A DNA stretch of 60,697 bases, counting the filler, from Porpidia crustulata (Eukaryota), in the NCBI GenBank assembly GCA_964255105.1. It is 8 parts of 8 records of this genome, joined end to end, with 100 filler letters (N's around TTAATTAATTAA, not from the genome) between each part and the next. Parts side by side here need not be neighbours in the genome. Positions count along the whole stretch, not along the records: positions 45,611 to 53,104 come from CAXUWE010001309.1; positions 53,205 to 60,697 come from CAXUWE010001310.1; 6 more parts are not named here. One strand, 5' to 3'. A program made the translations under genes and the position numbers. Shown here piece by piece: positions 47,531-60,581 of the stretch. Each line of letters begins with the position of its first letter. The first letter of the stretch is position 1. The notes beneath the pieces are model-generated. The model saw only the letters and a list, made by a program, of their open reading frames with translations, was not told where the DNA came from and searched no databases.

Positions 47531-48388
47531 TCAAATAAGCGCTTCCTAAAGTAGGCCTGTACGGACGCTCACATATGCCCGAACAACTTCCCGAAGGCGT
47601 AGCTCCCACACGTTTGTATTCCTCACAGCATTGTTGCATCGTCGTCCTTCTGTGGATCGTTTGAAATCTTTGTTTTACACGCAGGCAATTGCGTGCTAAG
47701 AGTGGGTCAAAACGTAGTCACAGGGTATTCAGAAAGATGGTGCATCAGGGCTGTTTCGTGTGGATGAGGCGTGGAAGGGCGCTCGGGTAGCTTGGGGGCG
47801 AGGTTGGCTGTCGTTTGTTTGGCCAGTTGGAACTCCTGTCGCGTTGATTTGGCTAGCCAGGTAAGGGAGAGTGAGGCGCAAAGGCTCTCATCGTTGGATT
47901 GGTCGTACCCCTCAAGAAATATTGCTTCAGGCTTCATGGTACCGATTAGGTTTCGTTGTGAGCCTAGAAGAATGTCTTGCCTCTAGGGGTGGATGAATCT
48001 ATAGTTGGATGTAACCGTCTGTTTCCAACATATGGAAGCAGAAATCTGGGAGAACATAGGTATATGGACGTTATCTCGTGTCAACCTAAGAAAGCATTTG
48101 GGATAGCCAGGCTCTTCGGAATTACTTTATAGACGACGAGTATATCCAGTATGATCACCAACACAAAGCTCAATTGTAGACGCGAAAGAATCTTTACAGC
48201 CAGGTAGATAGGAACATTGGTGTTGAGCAAGCTAATATGTTGTGGAATCTGAGCGAAGTAGACGGGACATAAATTTGCTCTTCCTGATTTGCAATGATCA
48301 AAAGTGACCATATGTATATCGAGTCAGGAAGTTAACATTAAAAACAATCAAGCCCGCCTAGACTGTAACCTCCACCCTTCCATCTCCC

Positions 48389-51300
48389 TCATCCTTTATG
48401 CTTTTCGCCACTGCCCCTCCACCTCATCCAATCCTCACCAAATGTCCTTGCCTTATCCACCTCACGCTGTCCACCGACATCCATATCCAGCCCATCAATG
48501 CTACCCAGATCCGCAAGTGGTACCATACTCGGCCGCCCATGTGCGCACTGAAACGGAAACACACAGTTCGCTAAACTTGCTATCAAAGTGCTGCATTCAC
48601 CAACTGTCAGGGTGTCATTGAACATGATTGCAGTTCTACAGGCACGGGAGTTGACCATATCAAGGATGGAGGGAGGACAGGACGAGATTTTTGAAAGCCA
48701 CGAGGGCTTCGCAGATGATGATTCAGACGATAGTAGCGGTACCGATAGAGCTGGAGAAGGCGAGCGCTGCCGGGCGTTGTTCTTGACGCCAGGCTCTTCT
48801 TGTCTCCAAGCTTCACCTCTCAGCAGCTCGATAAGGACTTTGGGGTCACTCCGGCACCTTTCAGCTATGACTGCTGGCAGGGTCTTGACAGTCAATTTGC
48901 ATAGAGCTGACTCGACGGCCGTAGGTCCTGCGAGGGGCGCGCTGAGGTCAAAAAGAATACCCCAATCCGCAAAGTGTCTGGAATGAATCGTGAACAGCCG
49001 ATGCTCCCGCGCTTGTATGTGGAAGGCGATGGGTGTTTGTAACATCTTGGTCTCGATGGCAGATGTCAGGGACAGAGATGAACAGATTTTGCGGGTCTCT
49101 GATGTTGGAATTTGGGAGAGGTCTGCGAACAGTTTCTCGACGCGTATACGCTCGTCAGCTGCATGCTGATCGATAAGCACAAGTAGTTGCTCCTCAGTTA
49201 CTTCTTTGCCATCACCCTTTTTAGATATGGGGAAAGCTTCCATGCGTACCAGAATAAACTTCTTATGGACTTGGGCAATAACTTTGGCTTTGGCCAGGCT
49301 CCTTTTCGAGAGTTTCGCGAAGAGGGAAGACGAGGCTTCTGTAAAAGCATTCTGAGCATTCTTGTGACAGCATCCTATGTCTTTATTCTCGATTGTGGCT
49401 ATTTTCAGAGAAATCTGTGGTATGCGCTCTTCCGTGGGCTTGAAAACAGGATTCTCCCAACTCTCCAGAAATCCGCTAATCCAAGACCTCGGATCAGACG
49501 TCGGAAAAGGGGCCGAGGCGCTGTGGATGAGTCTTTTCTGGCTCCTCAGCGTCACACCGCCCTTAGAATAGGACGTAGCCCATGACTGCGAAGGATCATT
49601 CGCACTAGCAGAATGGGGTCTTGCCGACTGTGGAAGGACTACAAGGCCAGTCCTGGCATTGACTAAGACCACGGCTTTAGTGACAGGATTGATCCAGGTA
49701 TATATTTGCTCTGTCTGTGGCGTAGTCTCGCACATTTGCGGATCAGAGAGTGGAACAGTCTCTTCTAAGGATTCGTCCTCAATGAATGGATCATCCAGCG
49801 CTGGTACATCGTTGCCAAAGGCTGAGACTTCATTGGAGGAGTCTTCCGGGATTCTTGAATCCTCCACATGCTCAACCTCGCTCTTGCTACCATTATCACC
49901 TATGGGCTCCGCTGAAAGGTTCACAAGGTCCGAAATACCGCTCCTCAATGCCTGCGACTTGGCTTTAAGACCTGGTTTCAAGCCAGAAAACTCATCATGT
50001 GTACGGTCTGATTTCCCACTTTTAATACGACTCCATCTTCTAAAGTAATCTCCAGCCTCGCAGTCACAGTCACGGGAGAATTTGGGCAACTTAACACTAC
50101 TTCCGAGATCATCATCCATGGGCGTGGATATGGTTTGGTGAGCTCGCTTGCTTGCCTTCATTATATCCTTTGTCCGCGAGAGTTCCCTAGGTATTTGCAC
50201 CGTAGTCGATTGAGACCTAGACTCTGGAGGTGGACTGGCAAAACATTTGAATGTTCCGGTGCCTAGAGTGGTCTGCAAAAGCGCTGGCGGTAAGCTTCGT
50301 GGGCTACAGTAATCCAAGGTGTTTTGAGGTGGTTTTGGGTGGTTTCGAGTACGTCCAGATCTGGGTCTAAAGTGATGGTCTTGAAGGAACCCGTCAACCA
50401 GGGCTCTGAGAACTTTGAGTATGCTAGATAAAGTGTTATCCCTCTCGAGAGCAGCGTAGGCACCGGTTTGACCAAAATTACTATCATCATGAAGCTGAAT
50501 ACGGAGTGAAAACCTTGGCCACTTATCGACCCCTTTTCCAGCCCCTTTAAGTTGCTTGTTGGTGAATCCATCTTGCTTGAAACGCCTGTCTTTACTACGC
50601 CGCTTTTGGCCCTCGGAGTCTGGGATATCTTCTTGCCTTCCGAAATTCGATAAAGTGAAGAGACGGTTTATTTCGTCGTAAATTACATTGCCGCCAAATT
50701 CAGGGTCAAGGTAGTGTACACCCAAAGCAATGAATTGGACATGTTTGGATGGACCCGGCTGCAGAGATATCGCACCCTGGATAGTAATCAGAGGCGTCCG
50801 GGCTGATGTCTTGATCCAAGTATCCCATTCCGAGGGGTCAATGTACGCGGCTTGAGATAGTACACTTCGCATTAGAGACAAATCGAATGATCTACAGGAA
50901 GACCGATTACGTAGAATTTTATCAAAAGACCCTTTCCCACGTATGGTGAGTTTTTTGGCGCTTCCAGTACCCCGTATAGTGACCATAACTGGAACGTCCC
51001 AGGCCAGGAGAAGTCCGACAACGTGGTGGTGCAGTTGTCCCAGCTGCTTGTCTTCTTCGCTGCCAGCGCCGAACAGCATACCGCGCTGCTTCACCCTTAC
51101 GGGCATATTCCCAAATAGATCTTGGACATTGACTTTTGTTCCGTGCTCTCGATCCGAGAGTTGGTAGTGCACCGGCGCTGGCACTAGCCTTGCAGCTGGT
51201 CTAGAATGATGTAGTATGAGGGTTGCGAGAGAGCGGTGCGCATGATGATGGGAGGTGATTGTAAGTGTCGACAAAGCAGCAAGGGAGGGCAGAAAGGTTC

Positions 51301-51642
51301 CGTGACGCCCATGTATTGGACCAAGATTTTCATGCTTTGATGTATCTGGATAAATTAGTTGATCGGTGGAATCTCAGCATGGAAAAGTAAGTTACGGTAC
51401 AGCTTCCCCAATCCTCCGCTGTCTGAAAACTCTAATGGGTCGATCCCCCGTCCATCATCTTCAACAACGCAAGCACCTCGAAGGAAGTCCACAGTGATAT
51501 TAATCTTTTGCGCCTCTCCATCCAAAGAATTCTCGAACAGACCAAGGACAGCATGGTTAAGTGAGGATATAGCAGTAGAGGACTTGATTTGAGCTGCAAC
51601 TGCTGTGGGTAGAGGCAAAATTCGTGCTGAATCGTTGAGCAT
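48389..51642 (-). CDS. MLH3: MutL homolog 3 (mismatch repair / meiotic crossover endonuclease)
   Basis: GHKL N-terminus (ENSLD, VEDDGRGI, HGTKVNVQDLFGNMPVR), intron 51395-51346, endonuclease motif DQHAADERIRVE, SRACRTAIMFND, FQCAHGRPS. Confidence 0.93.
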
Positions 51643-52372
51643 TCCAGGGTGAAAGCTGACAAGCAAGGAAATAGAAGCAAGCAAAATCCTGGTATGTAAA
51701 ATTGCTAGCGATTGTAAGACACCTGAGGACAAGACTCAAGGCGGATACCACTGCCCTATGAAACAACTGAATAATATGGGAAGGAGCATTTGAGGGCACT
51801 GGTACTTGACTGCAAGCTTGATATCAATGCTGAACCAACACAGACGTAGATTTCAATGCCTTCTTCAGATTTGGCGAGTCCGAGAGATTCGTTCTAGGCT
51901 GTGTCACGAAGACATCGTAGACTGTGGAGAAGAGTATGGGGGTTCATGTAGTTGATCATTCCGACAGGCAGATTAGGATTCATAGGGCTGAATCTCGCTT
52001 AGATCCGAACCGTCCGACGTTATTAATCCCTGTCAGTCCTCCAGTCCGAGGCACGTTTCTGCTTGGTACACCACTTCCAATCTCAACCTTGAACCTCCTT
52101 TTCGAGAAGATGTCTGTTCTATTCTGGGTTTCATTCCAAGCAGACTTGCTATTCCTTAGGTTCTTGTCAGTGCAATACAACCTCACCTATCCTGTGGAAC
52201 TTGCGATCTCCTTCATAATCGGGCAGCACTGACCTCTGTTTCTCGGCATCTGTTGTACCGCGCTCGCAAGACTCGAGACCTTCCATTTTGGCGTGGAACT
52301 TCGGAACAATTGGCGCGATACATTCAACTTATTGTTAACTCTACATAGATCGATATCAGACAGCTGAGCAGA

Positions 52373-53104
52373 ATGGCGACTGCTGATCCAGCCTCACGAC
52401 CACAAGGTACTTCCCCGTCACCATCCTCGTATGGCCGGACCACGAGTGAACTCTTAACACCATCACTCTGAAAACCCACGAGTGCAAGATCTAGCTAATT
52501 CCGAACACAGATAAGCACTTTCGCCGTCGTCCCTTTACATGGATGAAGCGTCTGGCAAATCTCAAGAGTTCCTCACCCTCCGAGTCGAGCACAGGCGGAA
52601 AGCGGAACCAATTAGCCTCTGTCACGAAAGCCAAAAAGTCCAACATTGCAAAAAACAATCCCTATCCAGTGTCGAAAAAACCGGATATAAATCCATCCAT
52701 CCCTGAAAGCGGCAATGGCCATCTCTCATTCTACACTCCTCCATCAGGACGAAGCGTCAGCTATGTCTCCCCATCTCATAGCAAAGAGTCGTTCCCCGTC
52801 TCTAGCGATGGGCAACAGCCACAGGCAACGGGCAAAAAGTCTGTTGCACCGACAGTTGCAACTACAACAGAGACTATCGGTTCAGACGCAGCCGACGCTA
52901 ACTCGAAAGCCGGAACCGCCGTTACTGCTGGCGGCGCCCTGAGTTCCAGCGGTCGAACCGGTGGCGAAGGAAGTACCTTCTCCTCACCGGCCCCATCTGT
53001 TCGTTCTTTAGCCACCACACTCACCACCATACAATCCGCCGCCCCCTCGAACGTGCTCAATAACCAACCTGCCCAGACCGGTGGCCTTGTCATCCCCACA
53101 TCCC
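52373..53104 (+). CDS. Ser/Thr-rich hypothetical protein, 3' truncated
   Basis: Exon 52373-52406, intron 52407-52510, then DKHFRRRPFTWMKRLANLKSS...TFSSPAPSVRSLATTLTTIQS, open to the contig end. Confidence 0.7.
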
Positions 53105-53204
53105 NNNNNNNNNNNNNNNNNNNNNNNNNNNNNNNNNNNNNNNNNNNNTTAATTAATTAANNNNNNNNNNNNNNNNNNNNNNNNNNNNNNNNNNNNNNNN
53201 NNNN

Positions 53205-54651
53205 TTCGGGACGGCGGGGAGGGTTGGGGTGTTGGCCGAGGGGCGGGCGTGTTTCTCGGAGCGGGCGACGGCTTGGAAGGCGTGGCCGTGGAGGTGGAAG
53301 GGGTGGCGGCCTTTGTCGTTGTTGTTGAGGATGATTTCGACGACGTCATTTTTCTTGAGGATGAAGGCGTTGGTGTTGGTGCCGTAGATGAAAGGGTTGG
53401 TGGCTAGTGGGCCGGAAGTCAGGGCGGTGTAGAGACTAGGGACTCTGGGTCGGGTGTAGGTTTGGTTGTTGAAGAAGGCGAAATTGACACCATTAGCGAG
53501 GTTCTCCATGTGGACGTCAAGGTTGAGGGAGTGGTCGACCTTGTCCAGGAGGACTTGGCCGTCTCTGGGGATCAAGCTGAAGTCGTCAAAAGGGGCGAAA
53601 GAGTTCACAATGGTGGGCTTTGGGAGATCATTAGTGTTGTCATAGATCAGCCATCCAGTGACATTGCTATTCAGCTCTGGTGGCACTTTATCAAACAGGG
53701 TCTGTTGTAAATTAGCATTGAGTGAAAATCCTGGAGGCAAATCATGCTCACCTCGTCCATGCTACTCATGAAAGCAAAATTTGAAGTCGTGTCGTTCTTC
53801 GTGGTAATGAGTACACTAGCACGCTGCCCAACGGTCAGATAGATCATATCTGCTTCTGCGGCCTCGGTATAGATTCCATCGACCTCGACGATACGCATGG
53901 CATGGCCTTCGAACCAGAAATATTGACCGGCAAAGGCGCCCATGTTGACCATGCGGAACATGTACGTCTTACCGGGCTGGACAGAAACCTTAAGATTTTG
54001 GGTATCGTTCATCAGTGCAGCCTTTGGGACTGGCTCAGCGCCGGTTGGGTTTGTCACACTGTTGAAATGCTTGATGAGAGTCGGTGTCTGTTCGTGATAC
54101 CAATCAGACAGAGTCAGGATCAGCTCTTCGTCATACTGTCCCTTGTAGGGTGATTCGGGATCATTGACGATCAATGCTCCGCGTAGTCCGTCTGGATATT
54201 GGCCAGCCTCATGCGAGTGATACCAGTAAGTACCAGATTGGTCTATCTGCACATGTTTAGACATAATTATATTATGGAAGAGCATATATTAGTGACCTAC
54301 TCGAAAATCATACGTGAATGACCGTCCAGGAGGAATGCCGCATTGGCTTACGCCAACAGGACCGTCCATTTGGGTGGATCCATTCATGTAGAGACCGTGG
54401 AAATGCAAGCTTGTGGTCTGATCTCCAAGATGGTTAGCAGCGTTGACTACCACACGATCTCCAACGGCTGCTGTGATGACAGGTATTGGCCACTGTCCAT
54501 TAATTCCAATGACGGGGCGTTGATACATTCCATCAGGATTGGCTGTGACCCAAGTGATATTGAAATCATAGGTAATAAGAGCTGCGTGTGCGAGGTATGG
54601 GAAAGCTAATAATGAAGTACTTAACGTCGATTTGATTGACATTAAACCCAT
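53205..54651 (-). CDS. FET3: Multicopper ferroxidase Fet3/FetC, 3' truncated
   Basis: Signal peptide; [17 protein letters not shown] copper motifs; NPTGAEPVP; introns 54300-54247 and 53751-53702; divergent from an FTR1 gene. Confidence 0.93.
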
Positions 54652-54983
54652 CCTCTTCGTTGGTTCCTAGACAGTTTATGGCAGTGAGTAGACAGGATGG
54701 ATCAACACCCGAGAACTACAACCCTATGGGTTGCAGAAGTCTTTAAGGGGACGAAACCCTCGAAGGCCTTGGTAGGAAGGCCTTGACGCGATCTCTTGGT
54801 ATCTGATCCCAGCAGCCGAGTGTGCAAACAGAATCCTAGCCGGCTGGATTCTAGGTTCCGATGCCTGAACGGCCAAACGGAACCTCGAAGAACTTTGTAT
54901 GGCTTGTTCCCAATTATTATTTTCTCAAATGACTAAAATGTGGGCGAAGCGTGCGGCGGGATTATCAATCTGCTTGTCAGATG

Positions 54984-55656
54984 ATCAGATAAGATTTGAT
55001 TGTCGCGAACATCAATGAGCAATAGTCTTGGCAAAGCGCCCCAACGTATACCATCTGGGTAATGACGAGATGATTCGGACTGCGACCAAATGGACAAAAT
55101 TTGTACTGCTGAGGAAAGCTGCAAGACTGTCTTGCTCAAAGAATACGAAATATCACGAGCGCTGTTGTCTGATGTAGGGACAGTGTTCAAGAGAAAGATG
55201 GCCGTGTCGTAGATAGAATACACAGCACATCAAGACACCAGTCAATCCCTTCAAGGTCATGAGAAAATTATAAGCGGAAAGTGAGAAAAGAGACACTAAC
55301 GGGATATGGCGAAGTGGGATGGATAGCGCCGAAAAACCAAATCAGGAGCCGTTCCTCCGCTCAAAACACCGCGCGATGTGGTGCATTATTCTTAATCATT
55401 CGTTTTACTCACCGACATCGGCCACTCTTTCACTCCAGGAACAGTAGCAACCAGTATGTTATTTGCCGGAAACTGGCTAGACACAACCTACTTCATGAAG
55501 AAAGACGCACGGTAGTCGTTGGGCCGTGTTGTTCCTTGTGAAGTGTGTGCATACCTTAGTAAAGTGACTTCCGTGATCGGGCGCTAATGTAATATTTCAG
55601 AGGATCTGATAAACTCCATCCCCTTCTCTGCCGCTCTTATCAATCTGATCTGATAA
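54984..55656 (+). promoter_or_regulatory. SreA/Fep1-type iron-responsive GATA elements in the FET3-FTR1 bidirectional promoter
   Basis: ATCAGATAA 54984-54992, ATCTGATAA 55604-55612 and 55648-55656 (ATCWGATAA consensus), plus CTTATC at 55636. Confidence 0.75.
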
Positions 55657-55797
55657 CGCTCCGTACCGCTCTGACAATTCGTGTACCCGATACAACCCGA
55701 CCACACACTGTGAAAAAGGTCAGCGTTGCAATACTTTGCAAGGATAGTATCCAATCAAGAAGCCCATCCAAGCTGTGAAAAGCCCGGTGTTGTCACG

Positions 55798-57162
55798 ATG
55801 GTGAACCTATTTGCGGTCCCAGGCATGTTGAAATCCAAGCAAGCTCAAAGAAGACCGAAAATCATATTGATGATCTTGACTAGTATTCTTCGTTTGTCTT
55901 CGAGAAGCAATAGAGACCTGTATCATCGTATCAGTGCTCTTGACGTTCATAAAGCAAACTCTGGGAGGAGAAAGTGATGCGGTGAGACACAAGCAGCAGA
56001 GGCGGCAGGTAGGTACCACCCGAAAAATATTCCCTTCCTGAACTCTCATTGAGCGCAGCTTTTCCAGGTGCTATTGGGTACAGGCCTAGGTTTCCTCCTG
56101 TGTCTCGTCATCGGCTCCATCTTTATAGGGATGTTTTACGCCATTGGTAAGAATCATTGGGCCAAAACCGAAAACCTCTGGGAAGGGGCTTTTGGCATTT
56201 TGGCGTCAGCCATCATCACCTGGATGGGTGCTGCTCTTCTTCGTATATCTAGACTCCAGGACAAGTGGCGGGTCAAGTTGGAAAAGGCGCTGGATCCCAG
56301 GATGCGTACCGAACGAGGATGTTGGAACGGTTTTCAGTTGTTCTGGGAGAAGTACCAGATGTTTCTTCTACCGTTTATCACCATTCTTCGCGAAGGCATC
56401 GAAATGATTGTCTTCGTTGGTGGCATGAGCATGAACCTTCCAGCCACTGCATTCCCAATCCCCGTGATCACCGGCATCGCATGTGGAATATTGATCGGAT
56501 ATCTCGTCTACAGGTAAGCATGGCCGCAAATTCATGTATCTCTGGCAAAGGGCTGACGTCGGTTACAGAGGAGGGAACGCTGCGTCACTCCAGACGTTTT
56601 TGATCATCTCGACGTCGTTCTTATATCTTGTTGCAGCTGGCCTTCTGTCCAAATCCGTCTGGCTTATTGAAGCGGATCGTGTAAGCTTTTCCTCTTGTAC
56701 CTTAAAACGGCGACCTGACGATGTTGTAGTGGAATAAGGCAATTGGCGCCGACGCTTCGGAAAGTGGGTCTGGCCCAGGATCCTATGACATCCGCCAGAG
56801 CGTTTGGCACGTTGACGTAAGTATTCTTGGGAGCTTATAATATTGACGAGGCTAGAAGCTAATCTGTTGCCTAGTGCTGTAATCCGAAGATTAATGGTGG
56901 TGGAGGTTGGGGAATATTCAATGGCGTCCTTGGCTGGCAGAATTCCGCAACATACGGCTCAGTCCTTTCATACAATTTGTACTGGCTTGCAGTCATATTT
57001 GCGTTTCTTGGTATGCGATACAAAGAAAAGAAAGGCCACTTGCCGTTGATGAAGCCAAAACCAGTGAAGGAAGCAAGAGATGATAAAACACCAAGCAGAG
57101 GCAGTTCTGTCGCAATCGCAGATGAGGACGCAGTAGCAGGACAGACTATACCAGGGATATAG
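55798..57162 (+). CDS. FTR1: High-affinity iron permease Ftr1/FtrA (6 exons)
   Basis: Introns 55823-55883 (GC-AG), 56009-56067, 56514-56568, 56681-56729, 56817-56874; two REXXE motifs (REAIE, REGIE); [32 protein letters not shown]. Confidence 0.95.
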
Positions 57163-58128
57163 AATACGGAGCGCTGATAGTGACATGGCATTTATACCCT
57201 ATCCACGTGCAAAATATCATGTTGTCGCAGCATGTTCTAAAAAGAGCTGGGTCAACATTTACGGCGTCAGGCGTTTGCGACAAAGAGCAGCCAGTAGAGG
57301 CTTATCGATCGAGATACCCATTCTCTTACCACCAAGCTATGATTTTGGCCCGCGAGCATTTAGTTAGCATCGCAGTGCCAGAAAGTCGTTATTGAGTGAT
57401 GGATAGGCAGTAATGTTGTTGACGGCGGAGGTTGGTTTCGAGGGGGTGGTCATCCATTAACATTTCCGGCATCGCTGATTGGTCAGAATTTCTATGTAGA
57501 TAAATAGCTATTAAAGTCAGCAATGAATCAACACATACTGATTGAATTTTGGACAAGCACTCATAAGCTACGGTATGGAGATTATATTACTTGCGATTCT
57601 GAGTTATAGATATCACTATGTAACATGTTCATCAGACTAGGCATCTCCCATCCACTGAAACTGTATGATTAAGCGATTGACGGTCATTTTAGTGGTACTC
57701 TGGAAGTCTCTGGGCTTCCAATCATCTAACCCCCTCCCATATTTCCATACGTCAACCCATCTATCTATCATCTTCGAGGCTCTGTATGAGTATTCATACC
57801 GGCATGGCTTGGCCTTATCCCTGAGAGATATATGATCGCTCAGCTTGCATACACATATTTGGCTGAGTTCTTCACGTCTATTAAACTATGGCTCTGCATT
57901 TGGTCTACTAAAGTACGGTCTGATCAAGTCTAGAAGTAGAAAACGCTTACAATTGACAGATAGTCAAAGCATCTCGTATCTATCAACAGCTCAGTCGGAG
58001 CAGCGCCAGCCAATCCTCTAAATCTAGTCTACCGCCTATTAGCAGGATCCTACCTCATTCAAGCAATTGCAAGAGAACGTTGAGCAGCACTGTTACAGTT
58101 CGGAAGGTTGAATGAAACTCGCACCGCA

Positions 58129-59553
58129 ATGGAAGAAGTCAGCGAAGAACCTTTGCTAGATCACATCAAGGCTCCTATAGACATTGACCCAAATGGCGAT
58201 TTGCTTCTACGACTCAATCACGCGGGAACGGGCGCGGACTATGTTTATCGCGTGTCGAATATTGCTTTGCGTAGAGCATCCCCTTATTTCAATGTCTTAT
58301 TGGACCCGTCAAAGTTCAGCGAAGGAATTGCAGTTGAGAAGAGACTGAAAGCAGTCCGCGAGCTACATGGAGCCACAGGGGCAATACCTTTTTCGAAGTT
58401 ACCAATGATCTTCATACCCGATATTGGCCAAGTACCCAGAGGTACATCTACGGAATCGGCGGTTTCACTGTTCTTGCATATATTACATAAGGACGATACT
58501 GCCTGGCCCGCCCCTAGGTTATCTGTTGTCGCCCTGATAGCGATTATTGCCGATAGATTCGCCGCTACCACGCCGATAGCAAACTATTGTATCCAGCAGA
58601 ATTGGAAAAGTAAGCTCATTGCGCAGAAAGGCGTCACGTCATCACATGAGGTTCGAATACGACAAGAACTACTCATTGGCTTGATACTCCGTTTCCCAGA
58701 TTGGGTCCGCCAGTACAGTGCCACTCTTGTAGTGCAAGGTTCTGAGAAATGGAGGGAAGATTGCGAAGCCCGGAAAGAGAGCGAAGCATTATGGTGGAAC
58801 TTGCCGAATGGCTTAGAAGGTAAGCGAAGCCTTGAAAGCGCCATAAGCCTATCTATCACGCTATCGTGCTTCTCAGCAGTTTGTTGCTACTTCGGTATAG
58901 ACATGCAAACCTTTCCCACTAGAATCCTGGAAAGAACCTCCTTTGCGTTCATCTCATGGACCTACCCAAGAGTTTTCCTGGCCCTCAAAAGTAGAGTTTC
59001 GCTAACTTGGCAGTCAGATGAGCTACTGTGTCGACGACAATACGTACTCGAAACCATAAGCTCCATCCAGAGCCACTTTATCAATCTCTACGCCTCCAAG
59101 CAACCACAGTGCAAGTTATGCTATGATTCCTCACCGCAATGTGACTCCTTCCAGCTAGGCGAGATGGTCCGCTTTTTCAGTCGAAAAGGCCTGCTGCACC
59201 TTCAGAGCACCTTTACAGAACCCACAGACAACTTGACATATTCAGGAAGCGTGGCGAACCTTTTGCATACGCTCAGAGAATGCCCGACGTACCAGATTGA
59301 TAGAAATCATACGCACTGCGGACTCCGCAGCAGGTTTTATCCAGCGCTGGAATTTATCAAGCCGTTGTCTCAGGTTGGCCTCTGCCTTCATTGTTGGAAA
59401 GACGGCCAAGACAGCTGGTTGGAACGCCCAACAGAGGGCATGTGGAGCCCCGTCACACCAAGGCTACGGCCACCGAGTGCGAGTTGTCGAGACCATTTGT
59501 CTTTTAAAGCAATGTATACGGCTGAAAGGAGAGACTGGACGCCTGCTCCTTAG
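58129..59553 (+). CDS. BTB/POZ-like fungal protein, probable intron 58820-59017
   Basis: IDIDPNGDLLL...YRVS...LRRASPYFNVLL (fungal BTB start); C-terminal CKLCYDSSPQCDSFQLGEMVRFF and HTHCGLR. Confidence 0.8.
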   Translation: MEEVSEEPLLDHIKAPIDIDPNGDLLLRLNHAGTGADYVYRVSNIALRRASPYFNVLLDPSKFSEGIAVEKRLKAVRELHGATGAIPFSKLPMIFIPDIGQVPRGTSTESAVSLFLHILHKDDTAWPAPRLSVVALIAIIADRFAATTPIANYCIQQNWKSKLIAQKGVTSSHEVRIRQELLIGLILRFPDWVRQYSATLVVQGSEKWREDCEARKESEALWWNLPNGLEGKRSLESAISLSITLSCFSAVCCYFGIDMQTFPTRILERTSFAFISWTYPRVFLALKSRVSLTWQSDELLCRRQYVLETISSIQSHFINLYASKQPQCKLCYDSSPQCDSFQLGEMVRFFSRKGLLHLQSTFTEPTDNLTYSGSVANLLHTLRECPTYQIDRNHTHCGLRSRFYPALEFIKPLSQVGLCLHCWKDGQDSWLERPTEGMWSPVTPRLRPPSASCRDHLSFKAMYTAERRDWTPAP

Positions 59554-60581
59554 TAACCACATTCCACACAGGATGAGGCCAAGTCGGCATGCTAGACGGA
59601 GTTCGAGCATCGGTAAGATGTAGGGAAATGCAATAACCATCAGAAGACTTGTTCGCATAGGCAGAGGATCATGCACTTAAATGAAAGGAAGCTCAACATA
59701 GCCTCGAAACGTCGGCGCAGGCAAGGATTGAGACAGTTTCCGAGACACGCGATGAGGTTCAGGTTACGGAAGTATTGCGAATTCACAGCATGAAAGCACT
59801 TTGCCATTGGCATTGCCCACATAATTTCCCTGAGGCGAGATCAGTAGCGAATACGTATACGCATATCTTACGCATAGACGACTCCACGAAGGCGGCCAAT
59901 TTAAGGCCAATGCATGGCCACAATTATTAAGCTAGTGAGGATTGAGGCTGGACAGTCATAGGGCTGACCTAATTATCCGCCGCTTCGAATTGATTTTTGA
60001 TTGGACTATCTTCATTACATAATCAGGCGCAGCGCGGTCACTATGTGGCGCTGTCTCACACTTACCGAAATCAGCTTAGAGTATTGCGACCGCAGAAGAA
60101 GGCGCAGTCGATCTGTTGACAGCCGCACAGTACACGACAACGACCCAATGTGGAACTTCGTGTCAAACATAAAACAAATCGCCTTTGCTGTTTACATTCG
60201 CAGCGTATGACAGGCTGATGTCAAGGCACAATCAATCAACAAGGCAGTGTGAGCCTTCAGCGGGTGTAGGATGAAAGATCATCATGGCGAGACTTGTCGA
60301 TGGCAAGAATGAATTCAAATAATGTAGATATAAAGCATGATGCCAAGGAGGAAGAACCATTCTTTGTCTCAACTCAACCAAGATTCCAAGCCAGAGCCAA
60401 TTCGCAAGACAAACTACCGCAGTTCTTTACCAAACTTCCTTTGTTGTTCACGTGGAATTCACCTTCCCAGCAAACAGTCACATTCACCTCAGTCATGCCG
60501 TTCTTAACTTCCACTTCTCACTGCTCCCCTCGCCCCCTCTCCTCTATATCACCAAACATCATTGCTGCTCCAAACGGCAAG

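Noticed and set aside
22822..57162. Metal/cofactor gene cluster (MOCS1, MRI1, FET3/FTR1)
   Set aside because: The genes lie on different contigs joined artificially; only FET3-FTR1 are truly linked.
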